Of a DNA stretch of 28,405 nucleotides, positions 25,962 through 28,405 are shown one piece after another (the first letter of the stretch is position 1; each line of letters begins with the position of its first letter). This stretch comes from a virus (taxonomy: Duplodnaviria; Caudoviricetes): IMG/VR virus record IMGVR_UViG_3300010206_000039, positions 1-28,405 of that record; one strand, 5' to 3'. Under the pieces are notes generated by a model. It was not told the origin of the DNA, made no database searches, and worked only from the letters and a program-made list of their open reading frames with translations. Position numbers and translations under genes: made by a program.

Positions 25962-25986
25962 CGACAGTTTTACAGTCAATCCGGTA
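25962..25986 (+). promoter_or_regulatory. Motif A upstream of the small ORF / DUF2924 / serine recombinase block
   Basis: CGACA gttttacagtcaat CCGGTA. Confidence 0.68.
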
Positions 25987-26026
25987 AGAAACCTTTGAAT
26001 CCACAAGAATTTCAAAGGACTGTCAG

Positions 26027-26257
26027 TTGGAAAACACAAACATCACAACCAGAAAGAAAAGCTCAATATTCCCAATCCCCGAGACAAGTCCCATACCGGA
26101 AGCATTGGATCAGGGCAGTCAGGAAATCTCTCCAAAATCGGCTTTTGAATCCATATACGAGATCCTGGCCGAAGCGTTTCTCCGTACAAAGAGAAAGTGT
26201 GCGAGTAAGGGCCATATGAGGCGAAATCATAGGGAATCAGAGGACGATCAAGACTAA
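26027..26257 (+). CDS. Small hypothetical protein
   Basis: AAAGGA RBS + TTG start; helix IYEILAEAFLR; lies between motif A and the DUF2924 gene. Confidence 0.5.
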   Translation: MENTNITTRKKSSIFPIPETSPIPEALDQGSQEISPKSAFESIYEILAEAFLRTKRKCASKGHMRRNHRESEDDQD

Positions 26258-26290
26258 TGACTTGACTGTTCCCGAGGTATTGTCGTCATT
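26258..26290 (+). promoter_or_regulatory. Motif B upstream of DUF2924 / serine recombinase
   Basis: TGACTTGA ctgttccc GAGGTA ttgt CGTCATT. Confidence 0.6.
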
Positions 26291-26318
26291 CATGAACAAC
26301 CTCTCTGAAGGTGTAAAC

Positions 26319-26810
26319 ATGAGCAAGAATGGAAACGAAATGACTCTCTCAACCGAAGAAACCGCAAAGAAGAATACCGTCCTATACCAGCTCTCGCTGA
26401 TCAATAGAATGAGCCTGGAAGAGCTACAGGCAGAATGGAGAAAGCAGAATGCAGGGCAGCCCGCACCTCCCTTCAAGCGAGCCTTTCTGCTGAAGAAGCT
26501 CGCCTGGCGAATCCAGGAAATCCACTATGGCGGTCTGTCCCAAAAGGCTCTCGACACTATTCGCCAAAGGGCCGATCTGGATCCAATCGCAAAGATCGAT
26601 GCCAAGAGCCAAAGACCAACAGCACAGAACAAAGGCATCCTGCCTGGAACTCGTCTAGTCCGCATCTGGGGAAGCCAGCGACATGAGGTCGTCGCCTTGG
26701 AAAAAGGCTTTGAGTTCAACAACAATGTCTACCGATCCTTGAGTGCCATAGCCAAGGAAATCACAGGTACCCACTGGAATGGCCGTAACTTTTTCGGAGT
26801 GAAGAACTGA
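26319..26810 (+). CDS. DUF2924 domain protein
   Basis: LAWRIQEIHYGGLS, LPGTRLVRIWG, YRSLSAIAKEITGTHWNGRNFFG; TGATG coupling to the recombinase. Confidence 0.92.
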   Translation: MSKNGNEMTLSTEETAKKNTVLYQLSLINRMSLEELQAEWRKQNAGQPAPPFKRAFLLKKLAWRIQEIHYGGLSQKALDTIRQRADLDPIAKIDAKSQRPTAQNKGILPGTRLVRIWGSQRHEVVALEKGFEFNNNVYRSLSAIAKEITGTHWNGRNFFGVKN

Positions 26811-28405
26811 TGGAAGCAAACCAGATCGCACCCTTGGATGAGAACCGAATTCCACTGAAGGATAAACGAGTTCTGCGATGTGCCATATACACCCGCAAGA
26901 GCTCGGATGAAGGACTGGAGCAGGAATTCAACTCCCTCGACGCACAGCGAGAATCTTGCGAAGCGTACATCTTGAGTCAGAAACGTGAAGGCTGGCTGCA
27001 GATTCCAGATCACTACGATGATGGTGGCTATTCCGGTGGAAACATGGAGCGCCCAGGCTTGAAGAAGCTTCTGGCAGACATAGAGAAGGGCTGGATCGAT
27101 GTGGTGGTGGTCTACAAGATCGACCGTCTTTCGCGTTCTATCCTAGACTTCACAAAGATGATTGATTGGTTCGAAAAGAAGAATGTTCTCTTCTCTGCAG
27201 TAACCCAGAAGGTTTCGACAACCGATGCCTCGGGGCGAATGAACCTTAACATCCTGATCTCCTTCTCGCAATACGAACGGGAGATTGCCGGTGAACGCAT
27301 CCGCGACAAATTGGCTGCCGCCAAGCGCAAGGGAAAATACTGCGGAGGTATCCCTGTCCTGGGTTACGATGTGAATCCAGAGCGTACCAAGATTCTAGTC
27401 AATCACACCGAAGCCCAAACAGTCCAGTACATTTTCAAGCGCTACCTGCAAATTCGATCTCTCCGCCGTGTGGCCCAGGATCTCAATGAGCAGGGCATTC
27501 GTACCAAGGAGTGGACCACCAAGAAGGGCATTCACCAGGGTGGCATTCGCTGGGATGTCCCGCAGGTCTATCGAGTCATCAAGAACCGGAAATACATAGG
27601 CCAGGTGGTCCACAAGGACAAGCACTATCCTGGCGAACACGAAGCCATCATTGATGAAGAAACCTGGCAGGCCGTTCAGAATTCACTGGGCGAATGCTCC
27701 GAAGACAAGTCCAAGGTAGTCAGAATTCGGACCGTTTCACCTTTGCGAGGGGTGATACGTTGCAGCCATTGTGACTGCGCCATGGTGCCCACCTACACCA
27801 GCAAATACAATGGCCGACGCTACTGCTACTACATCTGCACAAAGGATTCCAAGCGAGGTGTCAGCGAATGTCCTCTTCAGCGCATACCCGCAGCAGATAT
27901 TGAGAAGGCAGTTGTCCAACAGCTCGGAGGGGTATTCCGGTCGAAGGTAGTCGTGCAAGGTGTATGGGAAAAGGCGCGACAGATGGAAGGGATTGAGGTT
28001 GATCGATTACGGGATCAGCGTTCAGCCCTCCTAACCGATTTGCCAAAACTAGAGGAAGAGCATCTTTTGCTGCTAAAGGCTACTGGAAACAAGGACAAGG
28101 AAATCCGCGAGATCCAAAATCGGATTAAGGATGTGAAGTCCAGGGGGAATGAATTCCTCAAGCGGGTCCAGGCATTGGAACAGGTCGCCACAACTCAAGC
28201 AAGCATTGAAACCGCATTCGAGACCATGGACACTTTCTGGGACAGCCTTTACCCAGTCGAGCAACAACGCATTATCGACCTGCTTGTCCAGGTTGTTGAA
28301 ATTGGTGAGGAAGGGCTGAGGCTGGTCATGAAAACATCGGGCATGGAAGAACTGATTTCCAGCCTGGCAGCATTCTCGTGCGATAAGAAACAGAGGAGTA
28401 AGTGA
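26810..28405 (+). CDS. Large serine recombinase (integrase)
   Basis: 531 aa; CAIYTRKSS catalytic Ser, YKIDRLSRS, recombinase domain, Zn ribbon CSHC...YYIC...C, coiled coil. Confidence 0.96.
   Translation: MEANQIAPLDENRIPLKDKRVLRCAIYTRKSSDEGLEQEFNSLDAQRESCEAYILSQKREGWLQIPDHYDDGGYSGGNMERPGLKKLLADIEKGWIDVVVVYKIDRLSRSILDFTKMIDWFEKKNVLFSAVTQKVSTTDASGRMNLNILISFSQYEREIAGERIRDKLAAAKRKGKYCGGIPVLGYDVNPERTKILVNHTEAQTVQYIFKRYLQIRSLRRVAQDLNEQGIRTKEWTTKKGIHQGGIRWDVPQVYRVIKNRKYIGQVVHKDKHYPGEHEAIIDEETWQAVQNSLGECSEDKSKVVRIRTVSPLRGVIRCSHCDCAMVPTYTSKYNGRRYCYYICTKDSKRGVSECPLQRIPAADIEKAVVQQLGGVFRSKVVVQGVWEKARQMEGIEVDRLRDQRSALLTDLPKLEEEHLLLLKATGNKDKEIREIQNRIKDVKSRGNEFLKRVQALEQVATTQASIETAFETMDTFWDSLYPVEQQRIIDLLVQVVEIGEEGLRLVMKTSGMEELISSLAAFSCDKKQRSK

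Larger units (their letters stand above)
1..28405. mobile_element. Prophage / temperate phage-like integrative element (partial; continues to the left)
   Basis: Serine recombinase, replication module, terminases, portal and MuF head protein in a typical phage gene order; no att site visible. Confidence 0.93.

Overview
The window is most of a temperate prophage or phage-like element. Right to left it contains: a DUF2924 + large serine recombinase operon (+), two uncharacterised ~380-aa genes, an ECF-like sigma factor, a recombination/replication operon (Cas4-like PD-(D/E)XK nuclease, Sak4-like ATPase, DUF669, ERCC4 nuclease, RecD2 helicase, primase-helicase), a low-GC cassette of three nucleases (HNH, GIY-YIG, PLD), an origin-like repeat cluster, a CSD-Excalibur moron, a Mor/CD3324-like regulator, TerS, an inverted tyrosine-recombinase cassette, TerL and portal. 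The window ends in a >992-aa MuF minor head protein that is missing from the ORF track and carries HeH-like repeats and a HipA/PI3K-like kinase domain. Main unexplained signals: (1) five exact copies of CGWCA-N14-CCGGTA upstream of five gene blocks, a likely phage-sigma regulon, with no cI/cro visible; (2) a second motif, TGACTTGA-N8-GAGGTA-N4-CGTYATT, shared by the two recombinase operons; (3) the MuF-kinase fusion; (4) the recombinase cassette separating terS from terL. All functional calls come from motif recognition by eye; no searches were run.
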